This document shows, piece by piece, positions 38,935 through 51,700 of a DNA stretch of 64,000 nucleotides (position 1 is the first letter of the stretch; every line of letters starts with the position of its first letter). The position numbers and the translations under genes are program-made. The notes below the pieces were generated by a model, which saw nothing but the letters and a program-made list of their open reading frames with translations, searched no databases and was not told where the DNA came from. The DNA is from Lytechinus pictus. Lineage: Eukaryota. Where the stretch lies: the NCBI RefSeq assembly GCF_037042905.1, contig NC_087253.1, positions 11,966,001-12,030,000 of the forward strand. The letters run 5' to 3'.

Positions 38935-39218
38935 TAATAATAATATAGGTATATTTACCCAGGGAAGCCACTTCAGTTCTGAAAACTGTTCTCCCAGCGG
39001 GCCCTGCAATTAATATTACCCCGGCTTCAGCTGGGCTGCCTAGGCGCTCAAGCATTCAAGGAATTTCTTCCTACCGGGTACCCATTCACCCCACCTGGGT
39101 TGAGTGCAGCACAATGTGGATAAATTTCTTGCTGAAGGAAATTACGCCATGGCTGGGATTCGAACCAACGACCCTCTGTTTCAAAGTCAGAAGACTAATC
39201 CACTGAGCCCTAACGCTC
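38935..39218 (-). mobile_element. tRNA-derived SINE (same family as 7644-7945)
   Basis: Reverse-complement copy of the head and core of 7644-7945; a more degenerate copy is at ~45626-45810. Confidence 0.85.
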
Positions 39219-41124
39219 AACAATGATGGACTTCCATACAGTTGAGGACTTGAGGTTGATCAGATCAATAACTCTTTGTAAGACAAGAGCCCAGATGTGC
39301 AAGCTCCTTCCAACACCCTATTAACATAAAATGAGGAACTCGACAACATCAAAGAATATCAGCACGAAATGATGATATTCCTCTGTGCTTTATACATCAG
39401 TGATGTCCCCAAGCCATTGCATATATCTAGTGGGAGTTTGAGAGAAAATCCTTTTTTGTTTTATTATTATTTTGTGTGTTAATGGCACTATTAAGGCCTG
39501 TTAGGATATGACTTGATGAGCTCTGTCTGCTGGGCTAATAAGATGAGTCGGGGTGATAATATCCAAGTACCTTTGAAGTGCATCTAGGGACATTACTGTA
39601 CATGTATATCAGAATGTGATATGCGCTATATAAGAACTGAGTATTATATTTGTGATTGTATTAACAAGTGTGAACGTAGAGACTTCCTATTTTATTAAGG
39701 CAGTCATGAACGTATGCACATCAAAGGCATCTTGGGGCCAGTTTCAGAAAAGGTTGTGATCAAAGGCAACTTGATTTACAACCAATCGTGAATGTGCAGG
39801 GCTTGATGGGTATATTTCAAGTTGCATTGAAATGCAAGCCTGTCTACACCAGGACTCCATAACACAAAGATTAGCGATGAATAGCAAATATGAGAGACCA
39901 CTTCTGATTGGTTCCTGGTCAGTATTTTGTGTCAAATGCGCATGTAATGTTGATCTTGATTGGTCAGTTCATTTAGCAATTGATCGCTAATCTTTGTGTT
40001 GCGAAGCCCTGGAGGAGAATACGCCTGCAGTTAGCAATATCACTGTTCATGCCCCTTTGAAAATTACAGGTTTAAGTATTTGGCAGCGAGACAAAACCAG
40101 AATGTAAAATTATATAAGTAGCTTTGGTATATTTCATTGATTTGCCATAAATTTCAATTCAACTTTTAGTTTTTAACAAAGAAATTACAAAAGAATGCAG
40201 TTACTGAGGGATATATGAATAATTTGTTAACATGTCCCTTTTTAACCTTACATGTACACACTCATCTGTTTTTATTTTTATTTTTTTTGTTTAATTGGGT
40301 TTATCACGTCATATCCAACAGGTGTGAGCTGTACTTCAATTCTCATCGTGTGTATAAGATGAATGAGGTCCAGTCTTGTGGTTATATATTTGTGGAAAGC
40401 ATGTATTTAGCTTCTCTGTATGTAATGATACTAGTCAAGATTTTTGTAATATTAACTTAAAAATGTGAAAAGAAAATGAGAGAAAAAAAAATTGTACATT
40501 TTATGAAGGGATGTTAACAGATGCTAATAAAGGTACAGTATTCAAATTGTTTGTATGAAATTATTTTTTTATGGCATGTGCTGTGTACTGTACATGAACA
40601 TACTGATACAAGGAACATTCCAACTCTTGACTAGAATATTGATGATGAGGTTCTGGGTAGCGATACTAGTTATGGTGTTGGTGGTGGTGATGATGATGAT
40701 GGTAAATGTGGTTGGAGTGATCATGATGGTGGTGATATGATGCTGCTGCTATTAACAATTGTGGTCGTGATGGAGGTGATATTTAAAGAAAAACAATTTT
40801 TTTTTAATGGCATGTGCTGTGTACTATCCATGAATATACTAATAAAAGGAACATTCCAACTCTTGACTAGAATATTGATGAGGTTCTGGGTAGCGATACT
40901 AGTAGTTATGGTGGTGGTGATGATGATAATGATAAATGTGGTTGGAGTTATCATGATGGTGATATGATGCTGCTATTAACGACTGTGGTCGTGATGGAGG
41001 TGATATTTAAAGAAAAACAATTTTTCTTTTTTTAATGTCATGTGCTGTGTACTATACATAAATATACTAATACAAGGAACATTCCAACTCTTAATTGATG
41101 AGGCTCTGGGAAGCGGTACTAGTA

Positions 41125-41622
41125 NNNNNNNNNNNNNNNNNNNNNNNNNNNNNNNNNNNNNNNNNNNNNNNNNNNNNNNNNNNNNNNNNNNNNNNNNNNN
41201 NNNNNNNNNNNNNNNNNNNNNNNNNNNNNNNNNNNNNNNNNNNNNNNNNNNNNNNNNNNNNNNNNNNNNNNNNNNNNNNNNNNNNNNNNNNNNNNNNNNN
41301 NNNNNNNNNNNNNNNNNNNNNNNNNNNNNNNNNNNNNNNNNNNNNNNNNNNNNNNNNNNNNNNNNNNNNNNNNNNNNNNNNNNNNNNNNNNNNNNNNNNN
41401 NNNNNNNNNNNNNNNNNNNNNNNNNNNNNNNNNNNNNNNNNNNNNNNNNNNNNNNNNNNNNNNNNNNNNNNNNNNNNNNNNNNNNNNNNNNNNNNNNNNN
41501 NNNNNNNNNNNNNNNNNNNNNNNNNNNNNNNNNNNNNNNNNNNNNNNNNNNNNNNNNNNNNNNNNNNNNNNNNNNNNNNNNNNNNNNNNNNNNNNNNNNN
41601 NNNNNNNNNNNNNNNNNNNNNN
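41125..41622. other. Assembly gap (N run)
   Basis: Run of N bases. Confidence 1.
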
Positions 41623-42065
41623 AGAGTGATCATGATGGTGGTGATATGATGCTGCTGCTATTAACGATTGTGGTAGTGATGGAGGTGATATTTAAAGAAA
41701 AACAATTTTTTTTTAAATGGCATGTGCTGTGTACTATACATGAATATACTAATACAAGGAACATTCCAACTCTTGACTAGAATATTGATGATGAGGTTCT
41801 GGGTAGCGATACTAGTAGTTATGGCGTTGGTGGTGGTAATGATGATGATGGTGATGATGATGATGATGGTGGTAAATGTGGTTGGAGTGATCATGATGGT
41901 CATGATATGATGCTGCTGCTATTAACGATTGTGGTCGTGATGGAGGTGATATTTAAAGAAAAACAATTTTTTTTTTTTAATGGCATGTGCTGTGTACTAT
42001 ACATAAATATACTAATACAAGGAACATTCCAACTCTTAATTGATGAGGCTCTGGGTAGCGGTACT

Positions 42066-42550
42066 NNNNNNNNNNNNNNNNNNNNNNNNNNNNNNNNNNN
42101 NNNNNNNNNNNNNNNNNNNNNNNNNNNNNNNNNNNNNNNNNNNNNNNNNNNNNNNNNNNNNNNNNNNNNNNNNNNNNNNNNNNNNNNNNNNNNNNNNNNN
42201 NNNNNNNNNNNNNNNNNNNNNNNNNNNNNNNNNNNNNNNNNNNNNNNNNNNNNNNNNNNNNNNNNNNNNNNNNNNNNNNNNNNNNNNNNNNNNNNNNNNN
42301 NNNNNNNNNNNNNNNNNNNNNNNNNNNNNNNNNNNNNNNNNNNNNNNNNNNNNNNNNNNNNNNNNNNNNNNNNNNNNNNNNNNNNNNNNNNNNNNNNNNN
42401 NNNNNNNNNNNNNNNNNNNNNNNNNNNNNNNNNNNNNNNNNNNNNNNNNNNNNNNNNNNNNNNNNNNNNNNNNNNNNNNNNNNNNNNNNNNNNNNNNNNN
42501 NNNNNNNNNNNNNNNNNNNNNNNNNNNNNNNNNNNNNNNNNNNNNNNNNN
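42066..42550. other. Assembly gap (N run)
   Basis: Run of N bases. Confidence 1.
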
Positions 42551-43734
42551 ATGTGGTTGGAGTGATCATGAATTCATGATGGTGGTGATATGATGCTGCT
42601 GCTGCTGCTGCTATTAACGATTGTGGTCGTGATGAAGGTGATATTTAAAGAAAAACGATTATAGAATAGACACAATTTGGCCAAAGTAAACGAATAGAAT
42701 TTTACAGAATAGTTCTCTTTTTATTGCAAAATCAGGTCAGCAACAAATAAAATGGCAAAACAACAGTTTTCTTTTCATTATTTACTATAGCAATAAAGAA
42801 CAAGGTGTAATAGAAGAACATGAATAAGTTGGTTATTTCAAGTTCAGTGTTAGTGTTAGAAGCAATATTCAGCATTGAATCGTTAAAAAATTATCTAAAT
42901 CAAATTACTGATATCATTCAACATGTAAAGATATTAAACACAAAACATTGGAAGGTCAACACCAAACATGAAATTGCCCATTTTCCACTTAGAAAATACA
43001 ACCATACAAATGTAACTTTATCGAACATAATTATCAGCATTTTAGTAAAAGTAGTAAATATAATCACAACATATCTAAAACAGAAGATTTCATTGCATTT
43101 TGTCAACAGTAACTTTCGTCAGAAAGATATTCATTGCATTTTGTCAACAATAACTGCCATTCAACATTATATAACATATAAAATCGCTAGATAAACTCAT
43201 GCTAAGGACACGCACTACTGCTTATTAATCAATAATATTGCATGTTACGTATCTTGTGCACGTCAGCATTTAAGCAAGACTCCAAGTCACACATAGCTTT
43301 TTGTGAAACAGCCCCCTGGGGCCCGTAACATAAAGCTTAGCAATGATCGTACAATTTTCTACAATTGATTGCATTGACTCCAATGTACAATCAATCGCTG
43401 ATTGGAGTGTTATAGACACAGTGGATAGAAGAAGAAAAGAAATGGATAGGCGAGAAAGTGGAAATTTGAGAGGAGTGTAATCTTTCTTGAATTTCTTTTC
43501 TTCTATCCACTGTTTCTATAACACTCCACATGGTGTACCGTAAACCACATCAGCTATTGTACATGCCACCACGCAAACCTTCAAACAACAATGTACAATC
43601 TATCGTGAAAATCAAGCAAATGATTAATCCCTAACCTTTGTGTTATGGGACACTTGTGGGTGATTCATAAAGCTGTTCTCAAAGTGATGCAGATTTTAAA
43701 GATAAACACATTTCATTCTACTCCCCCTTATTAA

Positions 43735-44336
43735 AGGTCAAGTCAACCCCAGCAAAATGTTGATGTGAATAAATAGAGAAAAATCAAACTAGCAAAACAC
43801 TGAAAATTTCATAAAAATCGGATGTAAAATAAGAAAGTTATGGCATTTTAAAGTTTCGCTTATTTTTCACAAAACAGTGATATGAACAACTCGGTGACAT
43901 GCAAATGAGTCAGTCGATGATGTCCATCACTCACTATTTCTTTTGTTTTTTATTGTTCGAATTATACGATATTTCATTTTTTACAGATATGACCATAGGG
44001 ACCGAGTTGACTGAATCATTTAGTATTAAGCAATGCTAATATCCCATGTTCAGGGAGGAATTGATCACTGTTTTACTTGACAATGAGGAGAAAATTTGAA
44101 TATTTCATATTTCATATAATAAAATACAAAGGAAGTAGTGAGTGAATGACATCATCAGTCTCCTCATTTGCATGCCAACCAGGATGTGCATATAACTGTT
44201 TAGTGAAATAAAGCGAAACTTTAAAATGTCATAACTTTTTTATTTTACATCCGATTGTGATGAAATTTTCAGTGTTATGCTTGTTGGATTTTTTCTTTTT
44301 AATCAAATCAATTTTTTGTTGGGGTGGACTTGTCCT
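43735..44336. mobile_element. Kolobok-like element (same family as 2960-3562), followed at its TTAA by a second TTAA-flanked element (~44341-44733)
   Basis: TTAA|AGGTCAAGTCAACCCC...GGGGTGGACTTGTCCT|TTAA; closely similar to 2960-3562. Partial relatives at ~11500-11720, ~24680-25190 and ~50100-50330. Confidence 0.85.
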
Positions 44337-45462
44337 TTAAAAGAAGATACACAGTTGTGGTAATGATCTCAAAATGAGTTCAAACAAAATCCAATAAAAT
44401 GACCACCCAAGTGTTTGTACATATAAATAAAAAAAAATATGTGCCAAATGGCTCTGGAGAAAAAAGTGTAATTGATGAGAAATTAGCAAAATAAGCACAG
44501 AATTTAATATAATGTCAGGTATTTCTTCCAAACAATATCAATACACTGTCCCACATATGCTTTTATGTGTTAGCGATCATCAGAATTATCGGTTTTTCAG
44601 CTAAGATTTCGTTATTTCACAAAGATAAGTTTATATCAACGTACCAGAACTAGATATGATATTTTGGCATTTAACCTTGATTTTAAAGACTTTCTCATAA
44701 ATAATGTTTTGCTGCAACTACTTTCTTTTACCTTTAACGAATGACTGAAACATGTTCTAAGGTGCAATGTCAGCTACATAGGGGTACATCATTTAGCGCA
44801 AGAAAGAATCACCAGTCTTGAATAAAGTTATTCATAACTTATCAACAGGTTCATGATACAGCCTCCAGGGATCTGTTTCATAAACCTTCTTACACTAACA
44901 AATTTACAATAACAGTTAAAAGCTACTGAAATCCTCTAATCTGATTGGCTGATAGTGAATGTGTTATTATAACAAGTCTTTATGAAACGGGACCCAGGAT
45001 TTCATTCATCACTGATACTAGGAATATTTCATTTTTTGCTTTAATTGGAAAAAAAGCTGAATCATGATCAAATGAATATAAAATATTCTATCCATAAATT
45101 CCATTAAATTCAAATCATAAAATATAATTTCAGATTCAGAACTACTATAAATGCTAATATTCATTTTCAAGTTGCAGTGTAGCACACAAACTTCATAGAG
45201 ATAGCACCAACAGATTACATGTACATTTAAAAGAATACAATACTTATATATACATCTAGCACTTCCCGGAAATGCCAATATTCATATTCAAATGCTGCAA
45301 AATGTTTTATTAGGTCTAGCCTATCTTACAAAAAAAATCCAAGTCCAACCTAGCAACAAGTTGATTCAATTTTTACAGCGGAGCGACATGTACAATATGC
45401 TTATTTTTCTACTTTGCTTTAATAGTTATACTTGCTTATGTAGCACTTAACGCTTACTTTAT

Positions 45463-45623
45463 ATCTCGGTCACATTTGCTCTACGGCGGCCGTATGGCGA
45501 GTCGAAAACAGCCGTTTTGACATTTTTTGTACCAGCTAAATATAGGTGGTTTGAAAAAAAATGAATAAAACGGCCGTTTTCGACTCGCCGTACGGCCGCT
45601 ATAAAGCAAATGTGACCGAGGTA
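45463..45623. mobile_element. Short palindromic MITE (relative at ~16678-16850)
   Basis: CTCGGTCACATTTGCT...CGGCCGTA..GGCGAGTCGAAAAC / GTTTTCGACTCGCCGTACGGCCG...AGCAAATGTGACCGAG. Confidence 0.75.
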
Positions 45624-48600
45624 TTACTAGAAGTTTCTAAGCGCGCTACAGTAATGCAGCACAATTACCCAGGCTTTAGCAGAGCAGCTGGTGCACACAC
45701 TGTATTCACGGAATAAATTCCTGCCAAGTATCCATTCACATTGCTGATAGAAACATGACATGGGATTTGAACCCACGACCCTCTGTTTGAAAGAAGGGAG
45801 GCAGATCAACTTCAAGAAACAAAACAAACAGTGTTTAGATTATCATATTCTTATTTCAATCAACTTACTGTTGGATTGGACGTGACCTTTTTCTATCTAT
45901 AAAGACAGATTATGCCCCCAAAAATCAAATTCAAATTGGAATTGGTTAGTTTGCAATCGCAAGCCCACGGCCTGTTAACACACATTACTTTAATATAATT
46001 GTATGTACCGGTGTACAGAACATTGAGTCTAGCAAATTTTGAGACCTAATTGTTGAATAAATTGTCGATAGAAAGGGTCTGTCTCCGCAGACTATTGTCA
46101 GTATATTAAGTTTTGTCGTGTGTGGTAATACTCTCTGCAAATACACATGTATATACATACTTTCTAAACTTTACTTTCCGATCCAAAGGGGTATGTCTTA
46201 CTTAGGCCTGTACATCATCTGCATTTATAAAAATATGTAAATTAAAGTATTGTTAATACATCCCTACCCCCCCCCCCTCCTCTCTCTTCCCCCAGTCTGC
46301 GGGCACACACCTTTAGTTTTCACTATTCGCATAGTGCATAATGCAGAGTCTGAAGTAGTGAGACTAGAATCACTATGTACTGTGGCTGCCTCTACCAAAG
46401 ACAGACAGATACTTTGGAGCCTAGACTTCATTCTAGACATAATTGGTTTAAGTGTCAAATATGGTCTTTACTTACAGATTCCCCCCCCCCCCCACCTTAC
46501 CCCAGCTTTCTTGGTAGCTACATGTACATCCTTCTACCCCACTGACATTTTCTTTTCTAAAGCTTAAAACCAGCACACAACGATAGCAACATACTCCAGT
46601 TTAAATATCATACAATATATCAAACTATAAACGCCATCTCTCTAATAGTCATTGAATATGCTGCCGATATACCATGTACATATATGAAAATATAAACTTG
46701 TCATATATTTCAATAATTTGGTCCCTTTCGCTGTAACATGTACAATGTCTATTAAGTAGACAATAATAGCACACATTTCAAAATTCTATCTTGACTTTCT
46801 TTATTAGTCTTTGATTGAATACATGTACTTCATTATCTATTTCCCTACTTAGCTGAATACGATATAGGTACTATTTTATATATGGTCAATGGGTTGTTTT
46901 AAAGTATGGTTCTAGCACTAATGAAGAGTTTTCAGAATGGTAAAAACGTTTTCAAAATGTTTAAAAACATTTTTTTTTTACATTCTCCAAACCACTCATC
47001 TCAAACAAGTAAATGTTGATATTACAGGGGAATCTATCCTGGGTCATAAAATAATCAAATCAGAATGGTGAACGTTTGAAAGAAATCGGACAAGCAATGA
47101 GAAAGTCACAGTTGTTTTCAAATTGAGAAGTTTGACCACAGCTTAATTAGGACCAGAGTTTAACGGGAGTTCAGAGGCCCATAACAAAAAACTTAGCAAA
47201 TGATCGTAGAACAATTTTTTACGATTGATTGCATTGACTAAAAATGTACGATCAATCGTGAAAATCAAGCGTACGATCAATCGCTAACCTTTGTGTTACG
47301 GGACCCAGAATACAGGTCTTGGCATGAAATACTGACATTGCTTGAATACCATTCTGAGTTGAAACAAAGTTATAGTGCTGAGATGATGTTGACGATTAAA
47401 ATATCAGATGCAGCAATGGGGGGGGGCAATACTTTCTCCTCAACCAAAATTCCTAAATTCTAATCTGAGATGGATAATTTTTAATTGAAATTTGGAATAA
47501 AAAAAGAGATGATATTGTCGATTTTGAGTTGATAATTACTGAGGAGGGGCGATAGTGCAGCGAATGGGGGGATCAATACTTCCACTTTCATATCAATTTC
47601 TAATTTGAGATGGAAAAATTTGAATTGAAAGCTGGAATAAATAAGAGATGATTAAGTTGATTTCGAGTTGACGAAAGAACATAATTATAATAGCACCTTT
47701 GCATCATGGCTCTCCTGGCCTTAGAGTACAGTATGTAGGCATTCAGGTGGCACCGGATTGCTCCCAGGGAATGGGGAATGTACACATTGTGCATGTGTGT
47801 GTGTGTGTGTGCAGGCAAGTGTGTGATTACTTTGTTTTTTCTTCACTTGATCAGACTATTACTCTCGAGTACTACAATCTTAAAACAAATGATAGAAAGG
47901 GTATAGTTGAGTTGACTTTGGAATGAGAACGAGTTTAGGAGATGAATAAACTATGCTGCTTTAAATCAATTTCAGCTTTTAAGAGTATTTTTTTAGTTGT
48001 TTCATAAAGATGCCTACAAACACGGCAAGTTTAATCCCATTTCATTATTAGAAACTTTTCAGTAAACCAAATTTGGCCTCTATTTATATTTTTTTTAACT
48101 TTTAAATGTAAAGTTTCAAACAATTGTAAATTGGAAAAAATAAATTTCTCTTATTAAGAAACGAAAAGGCAGTTTTCTCAAAAGTTCCACATGTACCATG
48201 TTACAAAACCATGGACTATACAGATTCCTCATATCATCATGCTTCACTTCGAATGCCAAAAAGATGCATTTAACTGAAAATTTCTTTAGTGTATGCAATA
48301 AAATAAGCCTAATTACATACGCCTAATGTACAACTGAAACCTCTTTTGAGAATATGGGCCAAAGAGTTAAGGGACTTGGTATAAACTATAAAGGGTATAC
48401 AAACATAAACTCTACAAAAACAACAGAAATTAAATGTACATTATTTCAAACCCTGACGATATCAAAATAGTCAATGTGCATTCAATGCACATTATGATCA
48501 GATAAGTACTGAATTTTGGTACATACGTAATACCTTAAACCTTTAAAATATGAACATCCTATGTCATCTTCGGTCTTTTCGTCCGATCGCAAGGTGGACA

Positions 48601-48738
48601 TCACCGGGTAAACCAACACAGCCTGACTGATATCAACAGTCAGATGACGAAGGGGAATCCCCAAAAGGAATTCTGAATCGGTATCTCTTGAAATGAAAGC
48701 AGGGCCCGCAAAAGGAACCACCTCCATGGGATAGCCAA

Positions 48739-51700
48739 TCAAAGATCTTCATACGATGGGGGAGGAGTCTCGTCACCCGCTCTCCGGCGGGAATCCGCAT
48801 CCGACTTGATGACCTCCGAATATGTCGGCGGGATGTCGTTCTCGTCGCCATCGCGATCCTTCGACCTGTCCCTGTTGGAGAGACGCCCCGGCCCACCCGT
48901 CATTTCGAGCGTGGCGAGCAAAACGTCCGGTTCCCCCGTCACCTGGTCCCCGCTGCTCAACGGGTATCCGACCAACCCGTTGACCCTCGGGCACCGGTGC
49001 GGCGGTAGGTGATGACAGAAATTTGCATGCTGGGAGACGTGATACGGCATACTGATGGCGTCGCCGTGGGCATTGAGCGTCCAGCTGACAGGTGAGTAGA
49101 ACCGGCGCTGCGAGCTACGGACACGACGGAAGTAGATGAGGAGGGTTACTATGACGACGGTCATGAGGACGGTGCATGTGATGATAAGAAGGTTGGAGCC
49201 CCCAGATGGAGATTGAGCTGGTTTAGGATCCTGTTCTGGAACATCCTGTAACTGTGTTTCTATTGCAAAACAAGAAAAAAGAACAACACATACATGTATT
49301 ATTACAGGGATCAACCATGTAATGTAATGTAATGTAATGTAATGTGTGTGGAAGGTTTGTTTTAATTTTGTACAGTGCTAAAACAAGTGCTTCTTAATAA
49401 GGTACATTTTTATAACAGATTTGAATCTGTTAAGTTTGTGATTGATCTGATATCACGAGGTAGGATGTTCCACAATGTTGGTGCTATTTTCCCAGAGGCT
49501 CTACCACCAAAGGTCTTGGATTTTACATGCATTTCAGAGAGAAGATCCTTTGATCTTCACTAAGTCACAAACCATGGGGAAATCATATCTATGGTGTCTT
49601 ACGGAATTTGAAATAGGTAAAGAGACTTGCACATTATTCTCCGTACGTCATGCAAGCCTGTAAGACCAATGTGGCAAAAATTGGGTAAGTATGATTTCAA
49701 AAGAACTCAGGATAGCAATTTACTTTGGGTTTTCAAAGTTTGCAAGACCCCATGTCCTAAACTTTTATTATCCTCGACTCTCACCTGGTTATATACAATA
49801 TGTGAAATGACTGATATAATTGTTTGATAAAAAGAAGGGTGTTATTGCATTTTTTTTTTAGTAAGGGGGTACAGAATCAGAGAGAAAACTCTTGACGATT
49901 ATTTCTTTCTTATAAATGTTATTGACTGTAATATGAATACCTTAATTCTCTCCTAATCATAATTTGAATTATGATCACTCCCTGTACATATGTCACTCTA
50001 TAAACCAACTTTATATAACTGTTATCATCGTGACCTATTGTAATTTGTTGAAGAGTTTCCTTCACGTGTAATATGCAAAAAAAATTGAATAGTGTGTTAT
50101 TCAAGCTACAATATACAGAAGAAATAGTGAGTGAGTGATATCATAGATTCCCTCATTTGCATATCACTGTGTTGTGCATGTCACTGTTTTTGTGAAAAGT
50201 AACCGAAAAATTTTTAAATGTCATATTTTTTTTATCTTTACATCAGATTTTGTTGAAATTTATGTTGTGCATGTTTGATTTTTAAAATTTGAATTCAAAT
50301 AAAGCTTTTGTTGGAGTGAGCTTCCCCTTTAATCTTGGAACTTACTGCAGTTAATTTCATCTTCTCCTTTTTGGCAGTCTCTGAATCTATCGCAGCATTT
50401 GTAACGTGGAATGCATGTCATGTCCTCACATTCAAACTCCCAGATTGCACACTGTGAATTAGGCTTCATCGATGCTGCAAGAGGAAGGTAGCATATTAAA
50501 TCAAATAATGAAAAAAAAAATACATGTATCAATCATACCAATACAGGGGAGTCTGTGGAAAACTGGGGACTCTAATATACAGCATGTATTGCACAACCTG
50601 GGCCCCGTAACACAAAGGTTTGCAATCAATCGCTAAATACCAATGACCAATCAAGATCATCGTTGCACGTGCAATCTGTTTAAAATACTGTCCGGGAACC
50701 AATCGGTGCGGTTCTTTCATACTTGCAATTCATCGCAAACCTTTGTGTTTCGGAGCCCTGGTCTGAGAAACTTATTCTTTCAATGGACTTGGAGACTCAC
50801 TAAACCCTAGCATAAAACTATGTTAAAAAAGAGTTCTCTTTCTTGTTACCATTTGCGCCTCTACAGTTACTTTAGCTTCATGAAAAGTAAAATCCATCAA
50901 TTGACATTTCACATTGCCATCAGCTATATATAAAAAGACAAGTCATGTATATAATTATATGTACATCATACATGTAACTAGTGGCCAATATATCACATCA
51001 GTGTATTCCTTAAAACATGAATCAGACACAGGATTGCTTCTGTGCTGGGGGTGGGGAGGGGGGGGGGTGTTAAGGGACTTGGACCATTGTATGAGCACAA
51101 CTTGTTGATCCCTGTACAATATGCATAAAGGCCACCGCACACCTTATGACCCGACTGGTCTACGACTGGCTTGCGACTGAGTAAGGGGAGATGTGACGTC
51201 AGAGCTCTTGTCAGCTTGAGAGTCGCAGACCGGTCAGAGACAAGTCGCAAGGAAAATTGTAAGGATTTGACATGTCGAATCCTTATGACTGACTCGCAAG
51301 CTCAATCTAACTTCCAGCCAATCAGACAGCAGAGTTGCACGACGCGTATATGATATACAACGCACATAAGCTGTAGTAAGTCCCATTTTCTCAGTTGCTA
51401 TGGCAAAAAGCAAAAAGCACACACATGAGCCGCAGACAGCATGGTAGTAGGATCGCAAGGTGTGCGGTGGCCTTTAGAAATACAGAATTCAGTAAGCATA
51501 AAGAAACTAAGGAACCATTGTAATGAGTATGCATGTACTTCCTTAAAGAATATGAAGGAGATACTACTTACAACACGCTATTTCATCACTACCATCAGAA
51601 CAGTCTGGGATCCCATCACATAGGGACTGTCCAACAACGCAGGAGCCATCTCTGCACTGGTAATCACTGGAGCTACAAGACGTCGAGATCGGAGGGGAAT

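Larger units (their letters stand above)
40540..42660. repeat. ~240-bp tandem repeat array with embedded (GAT/GGT)n, unresolved in the assembly
   Basis: The unit ATGGCATGTGCTGTGTACTA...CAAGGAACATTCCAACTCTT...GAGGTGATATTTAAAGAAAAAC recurs at ~40571, 40807, 41036, 41718 and 41980. Confidence 0.9.

Noticed and set aside
41040-42593. Long ORFs in the ORF track
   Set aside because: Artefacts of N gaps and (GAT/GGT)n tandem repeats.
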